64,000 nt of DNA. Source: Bacteroidota bacterium (GTDB lineage: Bacteria; Bacteroidota; Bacteroidia; J057). The position numbers and the translations under genes were made by a program. Positions 1 through 7,237 of the stretch are shown one piece after another. The notes below the pieces were generated by a model. It made no database searches. It was not told the DNA's origin and worked only from the letters and a program-made list of their open reading frames with translations. Each line of letters starts with the position of its first letter. Within the stretch, counting starts at the first letter, position 1. The stretch covers positions 754 to 64,753 of the forward strand of contig JBCBFT010000019.1 in the NCBI GenBank assembly GCA_038527485.1. The letters are read 5' to 3'.

Positions 1-804
1 CAATAGCATCATCATCCATTGACTCATGTCTTCGACATTGGAGTAGATGCTTGCTGCGGCTTTGGCGGCATTCCAATCATAGATAGGCTGTATTTTTCCA
101 TCGATATGAGGGAAAGCTAAATTTTGGTTTGCGTCCATACCCAATTCGTCGCTAGAAGGACGTGTACTCGTCATATTTAGCGGGGTGAAAAAGCGCTCCT
201 CCATGAACTCTGACCAAGGCTGGCCAGATGCTGCTTCGATGACCTCCCCCGCAGTCAAAAACATCAAGTTGCTGTAGCCATAGCTGCGACGAAAGCCGTT
301 GTCAATGGGGATATTCTTCAACCTATCCAGGACTTCCTCATCCGTGTAATCGGTCCCGTACCAAAGGAGGTCTCCGACGAATGTACCTAGCCCCGAACGG
401 TGGCTCAAAATATCTGTTAGATCAATTTGCTGTGTGATGTAGGGATCACTCATACGGAAACTGGGTAGGTGATCCGTGACTTTGTCCGTCCATTTGACCT
501 TACCCTCCTCTGTAAGCATACCCATTGCGGCAGCTGTAAAGGCCTTTGAGCAAGAAGCGACATTGAAAAGAGAAGTCGTCTGGAGATCTGTGCCTGCTTC
601 TACACTTGCCTTACCGAGTGCTTTTTTATAAACAATTCGGCCATCCTTCACGACAGCTACTGCCAGTCCAGTAGGTTCAAACGTCTCAAAGGCATTGCTG
701 ACTGCCTGGTCGATTCGCGAAAGTGTCTTTTTATCTAGCTGAGCAAAAAGAGAAAGGGAGGACCATAGTAAAATGGTCAAAAGGCTAAGGGTATATTTCC
801 ACAT
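1..804 (-). CDS. Serine hydrolase, class C beta-lactamase/PBP-like family. The N-terminal part lies in the window and the 3' end runs off the left edge.
   Basis: My own minus-strand translation from the ATG at 804 gives MWKYTLSLLTILLWSSLSLFAQ (signal peptide), then ...LFNVASCSKAFTAAAMG with an SxxK motif (SCSK), then YSN... The frame stays open to position 1. It is absent from the ORF track because it is truncated. Confidence 0.75.
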   Translation of the reverse strand, partial: MWKYTLSLLTILLWSSLSLFAQLDKKTLSRIDQAVSNAFETFEPTGLAVAVVKDGRIVYKKALGKASVEAGTDLQTTSLFNVASCSKAFTAAAMGMLTEEGKVKWTDKVTDHLPSFRMSDPYITQQIDLTDILSHRSGLGTFVGDLLWYGTDYTDEEVLDRLKNIPIDNGFRRSYGYSNLMFLTAGEVIEAASGQPWSEFMEERFFTPLNMTSTRPSSDELGMDANQNLAFPHIDGKIQPIYDWNAAKAAASIYSNVEDMSQWMMMLL

Positions 805-966
805 TGTAGGCAACGGTTAGTACATATGAAGGCTTTCGCCCATACTTCTCCTCCATGGTTTGCCATGGAAGAGCATAATAAGAGAAAACAGATTTTCCCT
901 GTAAATTAGAGAAAATAGGCCAAAAGGAAAGGCTAGACATGTAGAAATACGCGCCACTTACGCTCC

Positions 967-1965
967 TTACACAACCTGTACGGCTGACCAGTCATGTTGG
1001 CGGGAGCTGGGAGGGATGATGATGCGATAGGTGGTGCCATCTGAAGAGGAAGTTCGATGGAGAGTACCTCGCATTTTTTGAACGAGTAAACGTACGAGTG
1101 TGAGTCCGACTCCTGTCTCTTCCCATGCCGACTCAGGAATCCCGATGCCATTATCGGTTACTTCGATGGCGAGTTGAATTTTGGGAAGTGGGTAGGCATG
1201 TATGGTGATTTTTCCAGGCTGGCCTTCAGGGAATCCATGCTCGAGGGTGTTGGTGAGTAGTTCATTAAGAATGACACCTATGGCAAGTGTACGGTCTAGA
1301 TCGAGTTCTATTTTTCCCATATCACATTCCAGAATGACTTCTCCTTTTTCGCCACTGATGTAGACGAGCAGGGAGCGCATCAAAGCTTGTAAGAAGGGGC
1401 GCAACTCAATAAACGTTTCTCCTTCTCGATGAAAAGCGTGTTGGTGGATCAAAGCAAGAACCTTGATACGATTAAGGCTTTTAGATATAGGTTGGATTAT
1501 TTCAGGAGAGGTTTCTCTGAGTAGTTCTAGATCTAGGATAGAGGCCAGCATGTGCAAATGATCCCTAGAACGTTCGTGGATCTTTTGCTGCATGAGTTCT
1601 TGGCTATTTCTCTGTTTACGTAGGCGTGATTCTGCTTCTTTCAGAAGTGTTTTTACGGCCTTCTCTTTCTTATTATTGAAGTAGAAGAAAATCATCAGAA
1701 TGCAGACAGAGGTAATGACCAAGATCAAGAGAACTTGGATATAGATACCCTGTGTGGCGATCTGGTTTTGAAGACTTTCAGTGGGATCTGCTTCTGGGAA
1801 GGTACTTTCCCCAAGTAGCTTTTCGCCTCTGGGGAATTCTTGAAGTCTGCCCAGATATCCCTGAGAAAGTAATTTGGAAAGAATCAGGAGAAAAGATTGA
1901 ATAACAGAAAGAATAGATGTAAACATGTGTAGTAGACTTGAAGAATCGACTAGAAAGATAAACAC
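967..1965 (-). CDS. Membrane sensor histidine kinase (HisKA_2-like H-box plus HATPase_c)
   Basis: N-terminal TM segments, an H-box-like IHERSRDHLHMLASIL, an N-box ILNELLTNTLEHGF, and G-boxes VTDNGIGIP and GVGLTLV. The start is either the GVG at 1965 read as GTG, or the ATG at 1926. Confidence 0.8.
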   Translation of the reverse strand: MFIFLVDSSSLLHMFTSILSVIQSFLLILSKLLSQGYLGRLQEFPRGEKLLGESTFPEADPTESLQNQIATQGIYIQVLLILVITSVCILMIFFYFNNKKEKAVKTLLKEAESRLRKQRNSQELMQQKIHERSRDHLHMLASILDLELLRETSPEIIQPISKSLNRIKVLALIHQHAFHREGETFIELRPFLQALMRSLLVYISGEKGEVILECDMGKIELDLDRTLAIGVILNELLTNTLEHGFPEGQPGKITIHAYPLPKIQLAIEVTDNGIGIPESAWEETGVGLTLVRLLVQKMRGTLHRTSSSDGTTYRIIIPPSSRQHDWSAVQVV

Positions 1966-2004
1966 GTCTCCAAGGGCTCAGGGCAACCCTTTCGAGAAGC
2001 GGAA

Positions 2005-2400
2005 TTATGCATTGGTTCGCTTCATGTAAGTGCGAATGATGGGGATGTTTTGAAGTTTCTGTAGAAAATCTTGATGTGAAAATGGTTTGTAGAGAATGTC
2101 ATGAGGAGAAGAAAGATATCTGCTCAACTCAGAGGTCATACGTGGGTAGGCAAGTAAAAATAAGGTAGGATGCAGGGCCAGCTCCTCAAAGAGGGTGCTG
2201 ATATTTTGCCTGTCAGGTAAATCTGCCAAGTCAATGCCGACAATAGATAGCTCAGGCTGTGTCTGTTCACGTGCCTGTATAAAGTCAGACAAAGAGGTGG
2301 GACCATCTACTGCGGTATAGCCTACCTCCTGTATCTGTATTTGCAGGATAGAGGCAATGATTGGATTTTTCTCCCTAATGAGAATTCGTAAGTTTTTCAT
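2005..2400 (-). CDS. Single-domain response-regulator receiver protein with an atypical acidic pocket
   Basis: 131 aa. It has a receiver-like beta-alpha pattern, a phospho-acceptor-like D in LSIVGIDLAD and the conserved K in LYKPF. The usual N-terminal DD/DE pair is replaced by ILIREKN. It lies 39 nt upstream of the kinase on the same strand. Confidence 0.65.
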   Translation of the reverse strand: MKNLRILIREKNPIIASILQIQIQEVGYTAVDGPTSLSDFIQAREQTQPELSIVGIDLADLPDRQNISTLFEELALHPTLFLLAYPRMTSELSRYLSSPHDILYKPFSHQDFLQKLQNIPIIRTYMKRTNA

Positions 2401-2728
2401 GGTCTTAGCTCCTTACACATGGTTTGTTTGATAAATTTCTCATAATTATCAAATGCTAGTTTCACTAAGTTTTTTTACTCACAATATATCCTAGGGCTTG
2501 TGCTAGGCTCAAAAGCTAGCGTTAGGGGCTGTTTTTACATGACTGAAGATAAGAAGAATAGTACGAAAACTTCGTTATTGATCAAAAAGTTATAATAAAT
2601 ATTGAATTATTATTGCATTTATTCAAGTCGATTTTCATGAAATGATAAAATTTCTAAACGATCCAAATGTCTGTAAGTGCAGAGGGCATGGGGAATGAAA
2701 GAAGGACGAACTGAAGCTTATGAAATAT

Positions 2729-2745
2729 TACATTTTTAAAATGTA
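2729..2745. promoter_or_regulatory. Perfect 17-nt palindrome TACATTTT-T-AAAATGTA in a 486-bp AT-rich intergenic region
   Basis: Read directly from the sequence. It sits between the divergent response-regulator operon and the lipoprotein remnant or the 3326 gene. Function is unknown. Confidence 0.25.
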
Positions 2746-2886
2746 GTAATGTGTGTGTTGGGGGGTAAAAAAGAAGTTACGCGTTTTTTTTCATAAAAAC
2801 CCTGTCAAAAAAATGTACAAATTTATTTTCCTTAATTAAACCTTTACTGACCATTATCATCCAAATACCCTCAAGACCTCTCCATT

Positions 2887-3207
2887 ATGCGTTTACTTTC
2901 GCTATCCTTCTTGGTATTGACGATGATTTTTGCAGCATGTCAGCGAGATCCATAAGGTTTAGAGATCATCGTTATAGAAGATAACACAGCACTTCCCGCC
3001 CTTAATGTGCCGCTCTTCATTAAGCAGAATTACATCAATAAACTCTATATTTCTCTGCTAGGAAGAAAACCTACCTCTGTAGAAAATGAAGCAGCTTTGG
3101 CTACTTTGAATGGGGATCATGCTTCTATCAGCACGCGGAAAAATCTGATTGCCCAAGTACAAAGCGAAACCGCCTACTATGAGAGACAGTACGAAATCGC
3201 ACGGGTA
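2887..3207 (+). pseudogene. Disrupted small lipoprotein gene with a DUF4214-like repeat motif
   Basis: MRLLSLSFLVLTMIFAACQRDP (lipobox AAC) is followed by an in-frame TAA at 2953-2955. The same frame then continues as GLEIIVIEDNTALPALNVPLFIKQNYINKLYISLLGRKPTSVENEAALATLNGDHASISTRKNLIAQVQSETAYYERQYEIARV. After about 3207 the frame degenerates and runs into the next gene. Confidence 0.5.
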
Positions 3208-3325
3208 AGCACTTATTGTTACGTAAGGAGAGGAAAGGGGTTAAAAAACACGTGCTACATTTCGCAAGAAGTTTTTACACACTTTCATGCCACTTCTTTA
3301 AATTATGGGCTGATCTATCATCAGT

Positions 3326-5068
3326 ATGTCCACACGTCTTCTCTTCTTTTGCAGTATTCTCCTTTGGCTCCTCTGGTCTTCTGTAGCCTTTCCCCAAAGC
3401 GTTCAAGTCCAAGGGATGGTCACAGATGCAGATTCAGGATATGCGCTAAGTTATGCAACAGTCCGTAATCTGCGCAGTCATAAGGGGACGGCCACCAACC
3501 TACAAGGTGCATTTATTCTCCCCGAAAATAAGCCTGGGGATACCCTGCAAATTTCTTACATCGGATATCAAAGTCAGAAAAAAGTTGTTCAAGCCTCCGC
3601 ATCATGGACGATCGCGCTTCGTCCCAGTCCTCCCACACTAGACGAGGTCGTCATCACCACAGACAATGACTACCTCTATGACTTACTCCTGAAGGCCAAG
3701 CGCAACGGGACGGATGAAATCGTAAAAGCCAAGACTTACTTTTTTCTAGAGACCTATCTCGACGGGCAGATGTCAGAGTTGATCGAAGCTTACTACAATG
3801 GGCAATACGAAGGGTATAAAGTCACAGATCTGAACATCAAAAAAGGACGAATAGGGGTGAAATCTGTGAACCAAAAATACTTCGTATCGACAGAATCTTC
3901 CAAGATCTTCTTGCTACATAATATCTTTCTATCAGATCCTTTATTCCCCGACAATCCGCTCATATTTGGGAGAAAGAAATTGAAGAAAAGCTATGACCTC
4001 TCGCTAGAGGAGATCTTCATGGAAGGTGAATCGAGGATCTATGTCATCGACTGTGTGCCCAGGGAAGCGAGTAAGGAGTTATTTACGACACGATTGTGGC
4101 TGGACATGACGCATGAGCAGATCCGCAAAATCAATTTCCGCGTCAATCAGACTTATCGCCATCCCTTTGATCTACTGGGAGATGAGAAAATCGGGCATGT
4201 CAGCATGAACATCACGCGCAATTACCAGCGTACGGGAGAGGCTGTGAACCTAGAAACGATCGACTTCTCCTATGACTTGACATACATGGGACGGGAGGGA
4301 ATGCAAAATGCAGCTCGAACGACGGCTTATTTGCGGGCATATGACTATCAAGAGGCCTTTGAACCTCCTAGATTTACCTTCACGCGCGCGCTTTTACAGG
4401 ACTATCGCGACATCACGGTTGCGCCTTATGATACGAATTTTTGGACTCGTGTGAATGAGTTTCGATTTTTTGACAGAGCAGAAGAAGTGGGCACATTCAT
4501 TGAGAAATATAAAATCCAGGACTATTTCAAGAATTTGACCCCAGGCACTGACAGTTATTCGTACCAATTGCAGTATCCCTACATTAACTGGCAGCAGGAT
4601 CGAGTCTTGATCAAGGAAGCGAGTCCCGAGGTATTGGAAAAATATCAAGATGGTCCCGTCGTTGAGCGTGACAAATACCAGCTGGGATGCAAGCTTTATC
4701 TGGACATTTCCCCGCTATCGGATACCCTCATCTATCAGTTACGTGCCGTGATCGATCCCATTGAAACGTACTATTATTTCCCCATTACGGCCATTGATCA
4801 TGTATTCATCAACCTGTATTTTGATTTGCTAGAGGTCGAAAGGCGGAAGCTAGATCGCGAGATTCAAGGACTGGAAGATCAGCGTCTCGAAGCCATTGAC
4901 GCCCTGTATGCACAGAGTCAGCAGAGGTACAAGTTGACGACGCGTCGTTATGTCTCGGAGGTCCAGCGAGGAAAAAACATAGTTGCCCTCAAAAAGTGGA
5001 ACGAAAAGGTCAAGGAAGCATTGGGCATTGACAACATGGCCTTGTTTCAGGTGGAAGTGGGAAAATGA
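3326..5068 (+). CDS. Secreted protein with an N-terminal carboxypeptidase-regulatory-like (CarboxypepD_reg) domain; the rest is uncharacterised
   Basis: Signal peptide, then VQVQGMVTDADSGYALSYATVRNLRSHKGTATNLQGAFIL...GDTLQISYIGYQSQ, typical of CarboxypepD_reg. No plug or barrel motifs were recognised. Confidence 0.6.
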   Translation: MSTRLLFFCSILLWLLWSSVAFPQSVQVQGMVTDADSGYALSYATVRNLRSHKGTATNLQGAFILPENKPGDTLQISYIGYQSQKKVVQASASWTIALRPSPPTLDEVVITTDNDYLYDLLLKAKRNGTDEIVKAKTYFFLETYLDGQMSELIEAYYNGQYEGYKVTDLNIKKGRIGVKSVNQKYFVSTESSKIFLLHNIFLSDPLFPDNPLIFGRKKLKKSYDLSLEEIFMEGESRIYVIDCVPREASKELFTTRLWLDMTHEQIRKINFRVNQTYRHPFDLLGDEKIGHVSMNITRNYQRTGEAVNLETIDFSYDLTYMGREGMQNAARTTAYLRAYDYQEAFEPPRFTFTRALLQDYRDITVAPYDTNFWTRVNEFRFFDRAEEVGTFIEKYKIQDYFKNLTPGTDSYSYQLQYPYINWQQDRVLIKEASPEVLEKYQDGPVVERDKYQLGCKLYLDISPLSDTLIYQLRAVIDPIETYYYFPITAIDHVFINLYFDLLEVERRKLDREIQGLEDQRLEAIDALYAQSQQRYKLTTRRYVSEVQRGKNIVALKKWNEKVKEALGIDNMALFQVEVGK

Positions 5069-5190
5069 GGGGAGTGGTGTGGTAAAGATCGAATCGAACG
5101 ATTTTACCTCCTAGCTTGACAATCAGTAATAAAATCAGATGTAAATCATGAACAATGATAAAGAATGAAATCTAAATCGTGAGATAAGTC

Positions 5191-5207
5191 GTATCTTGAT
5201 AAGATAC
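5191..5207. promoter_or_regulatory. Candidate TA-operator palindrome GTATCTT-GAT-AAGATAC just upstream of the antitoxin start
   Basis: A 7-bp perfect inverted repeat with a 3-nt spacer lies 13 nt before the ATG at 5220. GATAAG is also directly repeated at 5183 and 5198. Confidence 0.4.
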
Positions 5208-5219
5208 TTAAGAGAAGCG

Positions 5220-5429
5220 ATGTCTACAGCTGAATTAAAACTTATGTTAATTAGGGAGATAGATCAAATGTCTCCTGAACATCTCTCTGCGCTTGTACTT
5301 CTAATGAAGAAAATGCGAGAAGACAAAGGAGAAAAACCCCAAAGGCAAATTGGTTCCCTAAAAGGAACACTCGTGTATATGGCGTCAGACTTTCATGAGC
5401 CTTTAGAGGATTTCAAAGACTATATGTAA
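5220..5429 (+). CDS. Type II antitoxin (DUF2281/Phd-like, partner of a PIN toxin)
   Basis: 69 aa from the ATG at 5220. The C-terminus SDFHEPLEDFKDYM is typical of the short antitoxins encoded upstream of VapC. The stop overlaps the toxin ATG (TAATG). Confidence 0.7.
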   Translation: MSTAELKLMLIREIDQMSPEHLSALVLLMKKMREDKGEKPQRQIGSLKGTLVYMASDFHEPLEDFKDYM

Positions 5430-5812
5430 TGACCTATCTGTTAGATACACATGTTTTAATATGGATGATGGAAGGAGATGAAAGACTTTCTCATACAGCA
5501 AAGGAAGTAATTATAGATAGAGATAAATTATTGAAGGTGAGTATTGTCAGTTTCTGGGAAATGAGTATAAAAAGAAGCCTTGGAAAACTCACACTTAGGC
5601 ACGATTCGGAAACTTTCTGGAATGAAGCCCAAAAGCAAGGATTAGACATCCTAAACATCTCTCTCGATCACTTAATTTGTTTGGAGAAGTTGCCATTTCA
5701 GCATCGCGACCCTTTTGATAGGCTACTGATCGCTCAAGCTCAATCGGAGGGCTATACCCTCATCAGTAATGACCAAAAGTTTCACCACTACAGCATCCAG
5801 ACCTTTTGGTAA
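5429..5812 (+). CDS. vapC: Type II toxin, PIN-domain VapC family
   Basis: MTYLLDTHVLIW... carries the first acidic residue. The sequence then shows SFWEMSIK and DPFDRLLIAQA...LISND, the classic PIN acidic quartet pattern. 127 aa. Confidence 0.85.
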   Translation: MTYLLDTHVLIWMMEGDERLSHTAKEVIIDRDKLLKVSIVSFWEMSIKRSLGKLTLRHDSETFWNEAQKQGLDILNISLDHLICLEKLPFQHRDPFDRLLIAQAQSEGYTLISNDQKFHHYSIQTFW

Positions 5813-5813
5813 T

Positions 5814-7010
5814 TCATCGAAATCGAATCACCTCATACACTTCTCCTGCCTCAAAATGGTCCTTTCCCTGTGGCAATTCCATGATCGCATCTGCGTAGAC
5901 GAGATTCGCTAAATCACCTGATCCATGCCCTTCTACAGGATAGGCCTTGAGTGTACCATCCCGACCGTGACTGAGATTGACTTGCGCAAAGTAGGTCAGA
6001 TCAGGCTTGAATGAAATATCTGCCTGCAAGACCGCATACTGCATCTCAAAGGGAGGCATCCCCTGCATCGTACGCAACCAAGGTTGGATGTAGCGGAGTG
6101 TACACACAAAGGAAGAAACAGGATTGCCTGGCAACGCAAAAATCCGCGTATCTGTAGGAGCTACCCCAAACCAAAAAGGCTTGCCAGGACGCTGCGCCAC
6201 ACGATGAAACTTCTTTTCCATACCGAGTGAGTCCATCACTTGAGGGATGAAGTCAAATTTCCCCTTGGAAACCCCACCACTTAAGATAATCAGGGGATAT
6301 TTCTCCAGAAAACCCTTCATTCTTTCCTGAATCACCTCTTGCTCATCCAGTAGATGTGCATAGTCCGCCTCTACTCCCCAGCCTGAAAGCAAAGAGCCTA
6401 TACTATATCCGTTGGACTGACGGATCTGGTAAGGCAGCGGCTGTTGATCTACAGGAACCAATTCGTCGCCCGTAGAGATGACCAGGGCTTTAGGCAGGGC
6501 GTAGGTAGCAAGGGCACTCCTACCAATGGTCGCCGCTACCCCGACCTCTGCGGCTGAAATCTGACGTCCTTTGGACACGATGCGCTCCCCCAACTTGCGA
6601 TCTGTTCCTTCAGGATGGACATTTTTCCCTGACGGGATTTCCTCTACATTTACAGTGGCTACCCCTTCTGCTATCACGACATCTTCATATCGAATGACAG
6701 TGTCTGTTCCTTCAGGTAAGATGGCTCCCGTCATGACTTCTAGACATGTATTCGCATGATTTAGGGTATGAATAGGCGTTCCTGCTGCAACTGTACCTTC
6801 CACTTGAAATTGACGCCTTCCTTCAACAAACGCTTGATAGGCGATGGCGATCCCATCCATCATGACCCGGTGAAAGGGAGGAAAAGGACGATCCGCGTGC
6901 AAATCTTCCGCCAATACCCTCCCAGGACAAAGTTCGAGTGGGAGGTGTTGAATCTTTGGGTCAGGTACTTCTGAGAGAATGATTTCTGTAGCTTCAGAAA
7001 CTGTCAACAT
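5814..7010 (-). CDS. moeA: Molybdopterin molybdenumtransferase MoeA
   Basis: MLTVSEATEIIL..., PFPPFHRVMMDGIA, LSGGVSKGKFDF and PGNPVSSFV are MoeA/gephyrin E-domain hallmarks. I chose the ATG at 7010; the 41-codon upstream extension in the ORF track does not look like protein. Confidence 0.85.
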   Translation of the reverse strand: MLTVSEATEIILSEVPDPKIQHLPLELCPGRVLAEDLHADRPFPPFHRVMMDGIAIAYQAFVEGRRQFQVEGTVAAGTPIHTLNHANTCLEVMTGAILPEGTDTVIRYEDVVIAEGVATVNVEEIPSGKNVHPEGTDRKLGERIVSKGRQISAAEVGVAATIGRSALATYALPKALVISTGDELVPVDQQPLPYQIRQSNGYSIGSLLSGWGVEADYAHLLDEQEVIQERMKGFLEKYPLIILSGGVSKGKFDFIPQVMDSLGMEKKFHRVAQRPGKPFWFGVAPTDTRIFALPGNPVSSFVCTLRYIQPWLRTMQGMPPFEMQYAVLQADISFKPDLTYFAQVNLSHGRDGTLKAYPVEGHGSGDLANLVYADAIMELPQGKDHFEAGEVYEVIRFR

Positions 7011-7237
7011 GATCAATGGGTTGGAGGTAGAAAAAATGTGGGGGGAGAAAGATATTCCCCAATTTATCGCACAAAAAGTGCTTTTCGCAGATAATTTTCG
7101 GCAAAAAAAAGCATATCCCTTCACATTTGCCAATTCCTTTCTTTTTACCCTAACAAACTACTCCCAAACCCGTTTCATTGGTGTAACAAAACCCTATACT
7201 ACAGCTTCTACAACTGCCGCACTTTGTTCACTAATCA

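Noticed and set aside
2401-2886. An ncRNA such as 6S, SRP, RNase P or tmRNA, or tRNA genes, in the long intergenic gaps (2.4-2.9 kb, 16.9-17.2 kb, 25.4-25.7 kb, 26.7-27.0 kb, 55.0-55.5 kb)
   Set aside because: I found no tRNA T-loop or acceptor signatures (GGTTCGAATCC-like), no RNase P GAGGAAAGTCC box, no SRP GGAAGCAGC-type domain IV motif and no tmRNA tag region by eye. The gaps are mostly AT-rich and promoter-like.
7011-7133. N-terminal extensions offered by the ORF track for moeA (7133), the DUF547 protein (40774), the SSF transporter (45010), nuoC (53496), the DUF4249 protein (9681) and DinB (37573)
   Set aside because: The extensions lack protein-like or signal-peptide character. Downstream ATGs give canonical N-termini such as MLTVSEATE, MKKITLFF, MQLTNLDWG and MLTFPQML, and they remove overlaps with upstream genes.
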